The translations under genes and the position numbers were made by a program. From positions 15,066,001 through 15,130,000 of the forward strand of contig JBHGNT010000002.1 in the NCBI GenBank assembly GCA_043228905.1: a DNA stretch of 64,000 nucleotides, read 5' to 3'. Source of the stretch: Azolla caroliniana (Eukaryota > Plantae > Polypodiophyta). The notes below the pieces were generated by a model. The model had not been told where the DNA came from. It saw only the letters and a program-made list of their open reading frames with translations, and did not search any database. Within the stretch, counting starts at the first letter, position 1. Every line of letters begins with the position of its first letter. This document shows positions 26,402-38,642 of this stretch, piece by piece.

Positions 26402-26434
<33 letters not shown>

Positions 26435-26801
26435 GTCTGTGTAGTTCTCCCTCACTCCCTCTCTCTCTCCCATCGTTTGTTTTGTCTCCCTCCCTCTCTC
26501 TCTCTCTTTCCCCTTGTCTGTTGTCTCCCTCCCTGTCTAAAGTTTCTAAACGTCTTAACCGGCAAACCGTTAACGCAAGTTCAAGCCTAAACCGAGTCGA
26601 GCTGAGCCGCTAAACTGTTTTAAGCCGACTAAGCCAAACGGTTTAGGCTTCAGCCGAGCCGTTGTCGATCCCTTGTTCCAAGCATAGTGTATGTCTTCCT
26701 TGTATTTGTATCTCCATAGCAGAAAGCAGATCCATTACGCCCTTGTAGAACGCCTTCTACAAGTTCTGTTGTGCTAACGTTGCAGGCTTCTACAAGTTCA
26801 G
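25480..26801 (-). pseudogene. Kinesin-8 (KIN8A-like) processed pseudogene
   Basis: [80 protein letters not shown]; no introns, stops, internal deletion. Confidence 0.88.
26067..26674. mobile_element. hAT-type MITE inserted in the kinesin pseudogene
   Basis: TIR TAGGGATCGACAACGG / CCGTTGTCGATCCCTT; perfect 8-bp TSD GTTCCAAG (26059-26066, 26675-26682); AAACCG subterminal repeats. Confidence 0.92.
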
Positions 26802-29800
26802 TATTGGGAGTATGTCCCTCTAGTGGGAGGATGATCCGACTGTTCGGAAAGCCGACAGTTGAAGAGTCATAAAACAAGAGCGAAGTTGATAAGGAACTAT
26901 ATTCAAAAACCTGAATTGTGTATATAGCCAACTCGGGAGACTATATTTGTAAATAGTCTTACTGTGCGCCCCATGAGGGCTACGTATGTAAATAGCCAGA
27001 TAATTGCGTAAGTATATATGTAACTAGGGAAAACTTTAAGAGTGTGCAGAGTGTGTAGAAATTGTAAGTGCAAAAGTCGTAGAACGCAAGTGACCATGAG
27101 AGAGAGAAGGTAGAGCCGCGCCATAGCTGTGTGTGTAACAGCAGACATGAAGAGCCCTGTGCGGCTGATACACTCGACAGAGTGTTGCAATCATCTCTGT
27201 ATTGTATATCCACTATACTATAGTGAAGAAATTTGTTCACCCGTGGTTTTCTCCGTTTTAGGGTTTCCATGTAAATCTCTGTGCACTGTGGTGTATCTTG
27301 TCTGGTTTTTCTAGCATTTCTGTAAATCGTATTTCAGCGCATAGTTCATTTATTGTGATCTATTCCGCATCGATTTCTCAACAAACTAGTATCAGAGCTT
27401 GAGGTGCAAGCATGGAAGGAGGTGTTAGCGGTTCCCAAGTATGATAGTTCTGAACTCACAGAACTATGCAGACTGGAAGATAAAGATGGAAGACCTTCTC
27501 ATAGTCAAAGACCTGTACAAGCCAGTCGACAGAGAAGAAATACCCAGGGGGGTATTGGAGTCGGACTGGAAGCTTCTGAACTGGAAGCCGATTGACGAGC
27601 AGAATCCCGAGCAAAGAGAAGAGTTGGTAGAGACATCCGGAATAGAGGCAACAACGAGTGGACGAAGGTACCCACTTAGAGAAAGGAAGGCACCGATTAC
27701 ATATGCCAGTCAATACATCCTCTTGACTGATGATTGTGAACCGGAGTGCTATGAAGAAGCCATTGCGATGAGAGCAGAGAAAAATGGTTGAATGCAATGC
27801 AAGAGGAGATGGAATCCTTACACACGAATTACATCTACGACCTAGTAGAGCTGTCGAAAGATAAGAGAGCACTCAGGAATAAATGGGTCTACAAGGTAAA
27901 GATTGGAGAAGTCGACAACAAGCCCAGGTATAAAGCCCGCATAGTGGTAAAGAGTTTCCAACAGAGGAAGGGCGTCGACTTTGACGAAATTTTTGCACCA
28001 GTCGTGAAGATGACATTGATTTGAACTGTTCTTAGCATAGCGGCCAGCATGGATCTGGAGATCGAACAGTTGGATGTCAAAACTGCATTTCTGCATGGGG
28101 AGCTAGAAGAAGAAATTTACATGCAGCAACCCGAAGGCTTTGAGGAGAAAGGAAAAGAGAATTTGGTGTGTCGACTGAGGAGAAGCTTGTATGGACTGAA
28201 ACAAGCTCCACGCTAATGGTACAAGAAATTCGAGTCCTTCATGATAGAACATCGGTTCCAGAAAACATAGGCCGATCACTGTGTGTTCGTAAAAAGGTAC
28301 GAGGAAGGAGATTTCTTGATTCTCTTGCTATATGTTGATGATATGTTGATAGTTGGCCAAGATGCAAGGAAGATTGGAAGCTTGAAGAAAGCTCTCGGCA
28401 AATCATTTTCCATGAAAGACCTTGGATCGACAAAGCAAATCCTAGGAATGCACATAACCCGAGACAGAGCTCGGAAGGTGCTATGGTTGTCACAACAGAA
28501 CTATGTGACGAAGATCCTAGAGAGGTTCAACATGTCGAACGCAAAGCCGGTCGGCTCGGTGTTGCCCACAAACTGCAGATTAAATGCGAAGCAGTGTTCG
28601 AAGGAACAGAAGGAAAAGACTGAGATGAAGATGGTACCATATGCCTCAGCCGTCGGTAGTCTAATGTATGCTATGGTCTGTACGAGACCGAACATAACAT
28701 TTGTTGTGGGAGCAGTAAGTTGATATATGAGTAATCCAGGGAGAGAACACTAGGCAGCAGTGAAGTAGATACTCAGGTACTTAAAGGGCACCTTGGGGGT
28801 GTGCCTAAGGCATGGTGTCGGAAAACCTGTGCTGGAAGGTTTTACCGATTCGGACATGTCTGGAGATACCGACTCAAGCTGATCCACGTCAGGGTACGTG
28901 ATGACCTATGCAGGGGGGGCAGTGTCATGGCAGTCACGACTGCAGAAGTCGGTAGCCTTGTCGACTACAGAGGCAGAGTCTATGGCAGTAGTAGAAGCCG
29001 GAAAAGGGCTGATGTGGATGAGAAATTTTCTCACCGAACTAGGCATGAAGCAAAAGGAGTTCTTGCTTCACTGTGACAGCCAAAGTGCCATACACCTAGC
29101 CAAGAACATAGCATACCACTCCTGGACCAAGCACATATAGAGAAGGTATCACTCGTTGCGGGAGAAAGTCAAAGAAGGAGAGTTTTCCTTTGTGAAGATC
29201 CATACCGACAACAATGGATCTGACATGCTAACGAAGAACCTACCTATGGACAGACTCAGAGTCTGTCAACAAAATACAGGACTGACAGATTTCCGCCCAC
29301 AGGAGTGAAGGGGGAGTTTGTTGGGAGTATGTCCCTCCAGTGGGAGGATGATCCAACTGTTCGGAAAGCTGACAGTCGAAGAGTCGGAAAACAGGAGCTG
29401 AGTTGATGAGGAACTATATTTAGAAACCTGAATTGTGTAAATAGCCAACTCGGGAGACTATATTTGTAAATAGTTTTAGTGTGCGCCCCATGAGGGCTAC
29501 GTATGTAAATAGCCAGAAAGCTGCGTAAGTATATATGTAACTAGGGAAAACTTTAAGAGTGTGTAGAAATTGTAAGTGCAGAAGTCGTATAACGCAAGTG
29601 AGCGTGAGAGAGAGAAGGTAGAGCCGCGCCATAGTTGTGTGTGTAACAGCAGACGCAAAGAGCCCTGTGCGGCTGATACACTCAATAGAGTGTTGTAATC
29701 ATCGATGTATTGTATATCCACTATACTATAGTGAAGAAATCTGTTCACCCGTGGTTTTCCCATTTTAGGGTTTCCACGTAAATCTCTATGCATTGTGGGG

Positions 29801-29890
29801 TATCTTGTCTTGTTTTTTTGGCGTTTTTGTAAATCGTATTTCAGCGCGTAGTTAGTTTATTGTGATCTATTCCACAACGATTTCTCAACA
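26802..29890 (+). mobile_element. Internally deleted two-LTR copia, copia-3 (copia-2 family)
   Basis: LTRs 26802-27383 and 29319-29890; PBS 27387-27398; PPT about 29308-29316; TSD TTCAG/TTCCG; gag start fused to the pre-RT linker. Confidence 0.92.
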
Positions 29891-30807
29891 TTCCGTACTA
29901 CTCATAAGCTGTAATCTCAATGAAGAATCGCCTTCTCTACACACACGGTACCCTTCCACATGGATGTTCATGTCTTCTTGGATCCATACATATTGTCTCT
30001 ACTTCGAATAGCTCCATCTTTCAAAGATGGTTACATGATGATTCCATCGACTTGGTTAGAGACCACCTCCCTCTCCATCATTTGTTGCTAATGCATGTGC
30101 GTCTGACTGATGGAACCTTTGAGCAATATGCTTATGTCCCCATGCACCAATGGAAAAACTCAGAGAAGACATTGATGCAAGAATTTCCAAGCTTCAAAAT
30201 TTCACCTTTCTGTTCGTAAACTCTCCACATGGGCTGGATTCTTTAGACACACTTCAAACAACAATAAGACTTGATGACATAACTGAACTTCTTGTCAATG
30301 GGGTAGTGTTGAGATCTCCATCGCAAACCGGCTCTCACACAACAACCACACTCACTGAGAGGGAGAGTGAGAGATTAGTGATGGAGAGGGAGAGGGAGAG
30401 TGAGGGAGGGAGGGACTGCCTTCTTCTCAAGGCAGGGTCGGCCGTTCAAGCGTGCCAGTGTTAATGGGTGGGGGGGTGAAGCATAGAACGACTCCACCCC
30501 CCTCCTAGGGGGGTTATGATAGAGAGAGAAGGAGAGTGAAACAAAGAAACACACCAAAATGAGAGGTGAGAAAAGCTATGTCGCTTACATACCCCATAAG
30601 GGGTTTATATAGTACAAGAGGTAACCGTTACAAATAAAGAATGAGACAAGTAGGGAGTTACATTACTTACGCACTTTCTCACCTTTGTACACATGCACAA
30701 AAATGTGCATGTGTTCATACACATACTCATCCTCACACATTCATTCATATTACACATTACACACCATACACATTACACCTTAAGCCTCCTGTACACCTAT
30801 ACGGGTA

Positions 30808-31069
30808 ATATTAATGTTCTAAATATTAAGAATCTAATAAACTATATTCGTGGGATTCACGAGCTTTCAATCAATCAATTCCAATCTATTATTCGGTTCT
30901 AGGAGTGATTAATATAATACATTCTACTTGTGGGATTCACGAGTTTTCTATATTTTCTCTTTCAATCTATTCATATTCCTACTAACCTTAAAATTCTCCT
31001 TCTCCTAGTCCATAACCTCGGCGGTTTCCACGTGACACACGCAACGATTTGGCCCCAAAAGGCACGACA
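30808..31069 (+). repeat. Gypsy LTR 3' half (probable continuation of 23688-24137)
   Basis: AATAAA near its start; ends GGCACGACA, complementary to the TGTCGT start at 23688. Confidence 0.5.
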
Positions 31070-31448
31070 CTGCTACTTCCGTAAATTCCTCTTCGAGCCC
31101 CATTCGTGGCGAATGTGTTTCCTCCTTGTTGCTCTATACATGGATCCTCCTTTTCAATAAGTTTGTAGAGAGGGAGACAAGGTGTGCAGACAACACACAA
31201 TATCTCTATTACAACCATGTTCTATACTCTATACATCATAATGTACTCATTGCACACCTTTTATAGAAGCCCCTTTCACAGTGGGCGGACTGAAGTACGA
31301 ACAAGTACTTTAATGCTCATAAATAAGTTTCTGACACTAACTGGTTATAATATTCCTATTACTCAAAATAGGAATTGTTAAGAGCCTATTACTAATCAAT
31401 AGATCAAAGTAAAGTAAAAGAAAGATAAATAAATCGGATAGAAGAACT

Positions 31449-34400
31449 TGTTAGGAACATGTACCTCCTATGGGAGGAGCTGACTGGTCGGCCGAGAGTC
31501 GAGAATCGAAAACAAGGAGTAGTCGGTTGGTCGAGTCGAGAGTCGAGAGTCGATGACAAGGAGTTGACATGGAGAGTCGAAAGTACAGTAAGTGATCCAA
31601 GTTGAAGACACAACCGACTAGTCGGGCCAACCTGATGGTCGACGACAAGGCGGACTAGTCCGGTCGACTGGACAATCGACATAAGAGTTGGTTAGTCAAA
31701 TCCACTAGTCGACTAGTCGGCTGATTAACTGTTATTGTTATTAGTATATTAATAGGAATGATAGTAGCATGTAAATAGCCCATATAGTGTATAAGAATAA
31801 ATACACTTAGGGAAAAAAGAGTAGTAATAGTAGTGAGAGAATAGTGTAGAACATAATGAAGCATTGTAGAAAGTGTGTTAGTGAAGTGTGTAGAGAGTGC
31901 ATGTGGTAGAGTTTAGCGAACCTGCCAAGAACCTTAAGGGGTTATCCTTTGAGCATCAAAGAAGAGTTGTAACCATTCTTGTATTCTCAATTGTATAGTG
32001 GAAGATTTGTTCTCCTGTGGTTTTTCCCCGTTTAGGGTTTCCACGTTAAACACTTTGTACTGTGCATTAGTTGTTTTCTGTTTTCCGCGTTATTGTGTAT
32101 TTCGTAGTTGGTATTTCTCACAGATCTTAAGGTGAACTCCCAACAAACTGGTATCAAAGCTTGAGGTGCAAGCATGGAAGGAGGTGTCAGTGGCTTCCCA
32201 GGTATGATAGTTCTAAACTCTCAAAACTATGTGGACTGGAAGATAAATATGGAAGACCTTCTCATAGTCAAAGACTTGTACGAGCCCATCGATAGAGTAG
32301 AAATACCCATAGGGGTATTAGAGTCTAAATGGAAACTTTTGAATAGAAAGGTGGTGGCCACCATCAGACAGTGTGTTGATGTGAGTGTCCTTCAACATGT
32401 GGCGAATGACACAAATGCCTATGAGATGTGGCAGAAGCTGTCAGGTCTATATGAGAGGAAGAATGCCCTCAACTAAACATCTTCGATGAGAATGATTGTG
32501 AGGTTGAAATACAGGAACCGAGATAGCATTGTGGAGCACGTAAGCACATTCATGGGGTATGTAAACCAAGTTGCAGCAACCAAGTTTCCTATTGAGGATG
32601 CAATGCAGGCCATTCTACTACTGTGTACCCTACCATATTAACTGGGAGAATTTGGTGGTGACTCTCAACACCTCGTTTCAAGAGGAGAACTTGTCTCTAC
32701 AAGTTGTAAAGACAAGCATCCTGAACAAGGAGACAAGAAGGAAGGACAAGGGTGTCATGTCCCAGTTAGAGTCAAATCTGACTCAACATACCGGTAGAGG
32801 AAGGAACATGCAAAGAAGTTCAAAAAGAAGGGACAAATACCATGCCAGATCCAAGTAAAGATGTAAGCTCACATGTTCCTATTGTGGAAAGCCTAGACAC
32901 TTCCACAAGGACTGGTGACACCCCAAGAAGGACAAAGGTGTCGGTATGGATGTCGAACCCTAAAAGATTTCTGAAGAAAAGGGCACATCAGTGTAGCTAC
33001 AAGTGTTGAGGAGATCCTGTTCAATTGTGAGTGGGAAAGCACAAATCTTGCAAGTGAAGAGTGTACCTGGGTAATCAACTAGGGTGCATCTTTCCACATA
33101 ACTCCATCGAGAGAGTGTTTCTCGACTTACAAAACCGGTGATCATGACTATGTAAAGGTAGCAAACAATGGGGAATGCAAGATAGTTGACATAGGAAGTG
33201 CATGCCTGACAACGTCGACAGGTTGTCGACTGACTATGTGGGAAGTTCGACATGTCCCCGATATCAGATTGAATTTGATATTGACTGGAAGGTTGGATGA
33301 TGTGGAAGTTCTGCTGAGGAAACCTCATAGTGGCTGGAGGACAAAAAGAGGGCACATTATATATTATGCATGCCCGACTGTGCAAGTCGGAAGCAAATGT
33401 GGCAGTTGATTCAAGTGGAGAGTTATGGCATAAGAGACTAGGTCACCTGAGTGAGAAAGGAATGCATATCCTGGCCAACTAGGAGCTTCTCCCACAAGTG
33501 AAAGAAGTACACTTGAAGAAGTGTGTCGATTGGTTAATCGAAAAGTAAAACAGGACAACATTCCACTCAAGACCACTAAGAAGAAGAGTAGTGTCATTGG
33601 AACTAGTACACATGGATCTGGACTATGTAGATGGTCCATCGCATCGAGGTGGACAATACTTCATGACATTCATCAACGACTACATTTGGAAGTTGTGGGC
33701 TTTCGTACTAATGTCAAAGGACCTATTACTGTCTTTCTTCAAGGAGTTCCAGGCGAGGGAAGAAAGAGAGTCGGGTCGGAAGTTGAAGGCTGTCTGAACC
33801 AATAATGGTGGCGAATATAAAGGGCAGTTCGAGGAATACTGCAAGGGCCCAAGGTATTCAAATCTAATACACAGTGCCAAAGACCCTTGAGTTGAATGGG
33901 GTAGAGAGGATGAATCTAATGATTATGGACAGATTAAGGAGCATGTTGTCGCATGCTAAGCTGGCAAAATCATATTGGTTTGAGGAGAAGTATATAGTTG
34001 TTTATCTGATCAACAGGTCTCCCTTAGTGCCATTGAAAGGTAATGTCCCACAGAGGGTGCGGACAAGCAAGGATGTCTCCTACTAACACATGAGGGTGTT
34101 TGAATGTTTGGTATATATGCATGTGGCTAAGGATCAGAGGTCGAAGCTTGAAAGTAAGGCGAAACTATGCATATTCATTGGATACTCAGAGGACGAGTTC
34201 GGCTATAGGCTATGGGACTTAGTCGACAAAAAGGTAGTGGGGAGTCGGGACATAGTCTTCTTGGACAAGAGTGTTGGTAATAATGTCGAAACTAGAAAGA
34301 TTCCTGATGAAAAGGGCACATCAATCGTAGGTACGAGTGTAGAGGAGAAATTGTGCATTTGTGAGAAGGCAAGCACAAATCTTGCAAGAGAAGAGTGCAC

Positions 34401-36525
34401 CTGGGTGATCGACTCCAGTGCATCCTTCCATATCACTCCGTTGAGAGAGTGCTTCTCGACTTACATAGCCTGGGACCATGGCTATGAAAGATGGGAGATA
34501 ATGGGAAGTGCAAGATAACTGGCATAGGAAGTGTATGCATGACGACGTCGATTGCTTGTTGACTGATGTTGAGAGAAGTTCGACATGTCCCTGATATCAT
34601 ATTGAATTTGATATTGACTGGAAGGTTGGATGACGAAGACTACAGTGGTAGTTTTTGAAACGGCAATTGGAAGTTTTGCCGTGGAAACCTCGTAGTGGCC
34701 TGAGCACAAAAAGAAGGCACATTGTATATGATGCATGCCCGACTATGCAAGTCAGAAGCGAATGTGGCAACCGACTCGGGAGGTGAGTTATGACATAAGT
34801 GACTCGGCCACATGAGTGAAAAGGGAATGCACATTCTTGGTGACTAGGAACTTCTCCCATAAATGAAAGGACTGCATTTGGAGAAGCATGTCGACTGCTT
34901 AGTTGGAAAGCAGAACAGAGCAACATTCTATTCAAAGCCACCGAGAAGAAGGGATAATCCACTAGAACTAGTGCACACCGACGTGTGCTATGTAGATGGT
35001 CCATCACATCGAGGTGGACAATACTTCGCGACGTTCATTGACAACTATAGTTGGAAGACATGGGTCTTCATACTAAAGTCAAAAGGACTAAGTTCTATCA
35101 TTCTTCAAGGAGTTCTAGGAAAGGGCAAAACAAGTGCCGGGTCGGAAGTTGAAGGTTGTTCGAACCGACAATGGTGGCGAATATAAAGGGAAGTTTGAGG
35201 AGTACTTCAAGGCCGAAGGTATTCGAATAAACTACACTATACCGAAGACCCTTGAATTGAACGTGCTTGTAGAGAGGATGAATCAAATGATTATCGAGAG
35301 AGTAATGAGCATGTTGTCACATGCAAGGCTACCAAAATTTTATTGGGTTGAGGGTATGTATACAGTTGTTTATCTGATCAACAGGTCTTCCTCAATACCA
35401 TTGAAAGATGATGTTCCACAGAGGGTGTGGACAAGCAAGGATGTCTCCTACCGACACATGAGGGTGTTTGGATTCATAGTGTATATGCGTGTGGCTAAGG
35501 ATCAAAGGTCGACGCTCGATAGTAAGTTGAAACCATGCTTATTCATGGGATACTCAGAGGATGAGTTTGACTACAAGTTGTGGGACTTGGTCGATAAGAA
35601 AGTAGTGAGGAATCGGGATGTAGTCTTCTTGGAAGACAAGACGATGGAGGACTGGAAGCAACAGACGTCGAATTTGACTCCCACTACTACCGACTTAAGT
35701 CCAAGTGAACCGACACAATTGGATGTTCAGAGACAACTAGTTGGCATAACTGAATATGAGTCGGTCGACTCGGAGCAATCGACTAGATGAGTTGGAGTCA
35801 GCGGACCTATTAAATTCATCGAAGAATACGAGTCAAAGAAGGCTAATCTTCGGCAACCGATTGACATATATGAACTTGAGCCAAGAGAAGAGTCGGTAGG
35901 GATATCCGAACTAGAGCCGACAATGGGTAGAAGGAGATACCCATTCAGAGAAAGAAGGGCACCGACCACATATGCAATCAATACATCCTCTTGACTGATG
36001 AAGGTGAACTTGAGTGTTATGAAGAAGCACAAAGAAAAATGAGAACAAAGAAAAATGGTTGAGTGCAATGCAAGACGAGGTGGACACCTTGCATGTAGAT
36101 TACACTTGGAGCCAAGACAAGAGTCTGCAGGGATATCCGAATGAGAGACGACAACGGGTAGAAGGAGATACCCACTCAAAGAAAGAAGAGCACCGACTAC
36201 ATATGCAGTCAATACATCCTCTTGACTGATGAAGGTGAACTTGAGTGCTATGAAGAAAAATAGCCAATGAGCACAAAGAAAAATGGCTGAATGCAATGCA
36301 AGACTAGATGGACACTCTTCATGTAGATTACACACACCTATGAGCTGGTGGAGTTACTGAAATGTAAGAGGGCACTCAGAAATAAATGCGTCTACAAGGT
36401 GAAGACCGGAGAAGCCGATAGTGCACCCACATATAAAGCCCGCATTGTGGTGAAGGGGTTTCAATAGAAAAAGGGTGTTGACTTCGACGAGATTTTCGCA
36501 CCAGTCGTGAAGATGACATCCATCC
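31449..36525 (+). mobile_element. Chimeric, 3'-truncated copia-4 with duplicated PR-INT
   Basis: LTR 31449-32145, PBS 32149-32160, gag ATG 32174; INT jumps back to the pre-protease region at about 34265; RT truncated. Confidence 0.9.
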
Positions 36526-38642
36526 AAGGAAAGACGGACTCGATCGGTTAATGGCGGTTGGCTACATTTCTAAACTCCAAGCAAAGACGGACTTCTGCGA
36601 GCATTGTCGATACATGAAACAAACCTGAAGTCTGGACTCTCTACACTATGCGACGGTACGGAAACCCCTAGAGCTCATGTTCACACATATATATGTGGGT
36701 CGTTGAGAAGCAAACACAATTTCCAGTGTGTGGGAACATCCTACCTCCTTGTATAGTAACTAGTGTGTCGTAGAAGTTAATGTTCCATGACACATATTCC
36801 TTAGGTAGTTAAGACACGACCTGTTTCCCAAGAGGCGGTACTAATAAGAGAACTTAGAGAGAAGATGACTACATAAGAACCTCCTCCTTCTCTTTGTAAT
36901 TGCTGGCTATTCTTGTTTTTCCTTGTTAATACAACATTCTGTTTTTTCGTTAATCACGAGCCCTCTCTCCTTCTCTCTACACACACACACACACCGTTCT
37001 TCCACTATGTAGAATCATCATTGATTCCCTACATGGTATCAGAGTGCATGGTAGCTTGATCGAAGACCATTGCTTTTGTGTGTATTGTGCCTAATTCCGC
37101 GTTCGGAAAGAACCGGTTGATCGTTGTAGCAACAATCTGCACAATTCGCATAAAAGAAGAAGAAGAAGAAGCTCGACATGAACACACAAATGGGAAGCTG
37201 AAAAGCTCGGAAAAAATAACTTTGCATCTTGGGAGTACAAGACACACCAATACCTTGTCGACCAAGGCTATTGGAGTTATGTCGAAGGGGCAAACGAGAA
37301 TCAACCCAACCCAACACATGCCGACTACCTAGCTTGGGAGCAAACAACGAGTCATGTGTTGTATTGCCTTGCATCATGCATCCATGATGACATGCTCGGC
37401 TACATGAGGGAGGCCTAAATGCCGAAGGAGGCGTGGGGGAACCTCAAGAAGATTTTGCGGCCAAGAAGATTTTGCAAACAGGAATCTCAAAGATCGAACC
37501 GAACCAACTTTGATCCGACACCGGAAGTAAGTACACCTCCCGAGCTTCCAAACAGTACATGTCCGACAAAGGCATCAGACATCAAAAGACTGCTCCATAC
37601 ACACCCATGCAGAATGGATGAACTAAACAATCCAAGAGAGGGTGACGGAAATGCTCTAATAAGCCGAACTAAAGCTGGAGTTCTGGGCCGAATCATTGCA
37701 AATGGCGGTATATCTGATCAACCCGTCCCTGTCGAAAGAAATTAGGCTCGAAGTGCCACAGGCACTATGGTCAAGAGTAAAGGAGAAAAGGAATAAGTTG
37801 GCACCCCATGCAACAAAATGTATATTTCTTGGTTATGGAACCGATGGGGAATTCAACTACAAACTATGGGACCTAGAGAACCGGAAATTGAGCCATAGTA
37901 CTGATGTAGTCTTCAATGAAGACTCTATCCTCTCTAAGCAGAGCCAACAGAAAATAGTTGGTAAAAAGGTATCCTTAGAAATCAATAGAGATGTCATAGA
38001 AGGACCGTACCCCTAGGCCGAATCGGAGATTCGACAACTAGTTGAACTTGAAGACAAAGCCATCAAAGGCAAAGCCGAAGCAAAAAGAATAAAAAAAGGT
38101 AAAGTAGAGAAAGTGCAAGTTGGAATCAACAAGAGTTCGAGCCAACTAAAAACACCCAAGGCTAAGTCCCCTAACTCAAATTTAGTCAATCCCAAAGAAG
38201 GGGAGGATGAAGTGACATCGCCGAACTCCTATTCCAAGGGCAATTCATACAACAAGACTCTTGACATAAGTGCTTCAACAAATATTGATTGACCGACAGA
38301 GCCGATCGAAGTATCCGAACCGATCACTTCGGCACCCAAGAGATTCGAATGAGTTCAAGGGCTAACAAAGTTCTATCAACTAGGCCTCGACTACGTCAAC
38401 TACACCGATGCAGGCGAACAAAGCACATACGAAGAAGCTATAGCCGCATCGGACGCTGATACATGGCTACAAGCTATGCAATCCGAGTTGGACTCAATAC
38501 GACACAATCAAACATGGGAGCTGGTCGAAATACCACCAGGAAGGAAGGCGCTATCTTGCAAATTGGTCTTTCGGGAACAAATATGTATCCAACTCTGAGA
38601 AGCCCAAATACAAAGCTCCGCTTGTTGCGAAGGGATTCAAAC
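36526..38642 (+). mobile_element. Fragmentary copia (partial LTR, PBS, gag, INT and RT pieces)
   Basis: LTR end ...CCCTACA 37033 plus TGGTATCAGAG 37034; gag NNFASWEYK; KCIFLGYG; YKA.LVAKGF. Confidence 0.75.

Larger units (their letters stand above)
24138..30807 (-). mobile_element. Non-autonomous LTR element carrying a kinesin retrocopy
   Basis: 3' LTR 24138-25449 (TG...CA); 5' LTR remnant 30459-30807 highly similar to 24138-24495; PBS-like TGGCACGC next to it; PPT-like GTGAGCGAGAC 25450-25460. Confidence 0.7.

Noticed and set aside
8605-29890. One 21-kb element bounded by the copia-2 5' LTR and the copia-3 3' LTR
   Set aside because: Flanks ATACA and TTCCG differ; copia-3 has its own 5' LTR and TSD
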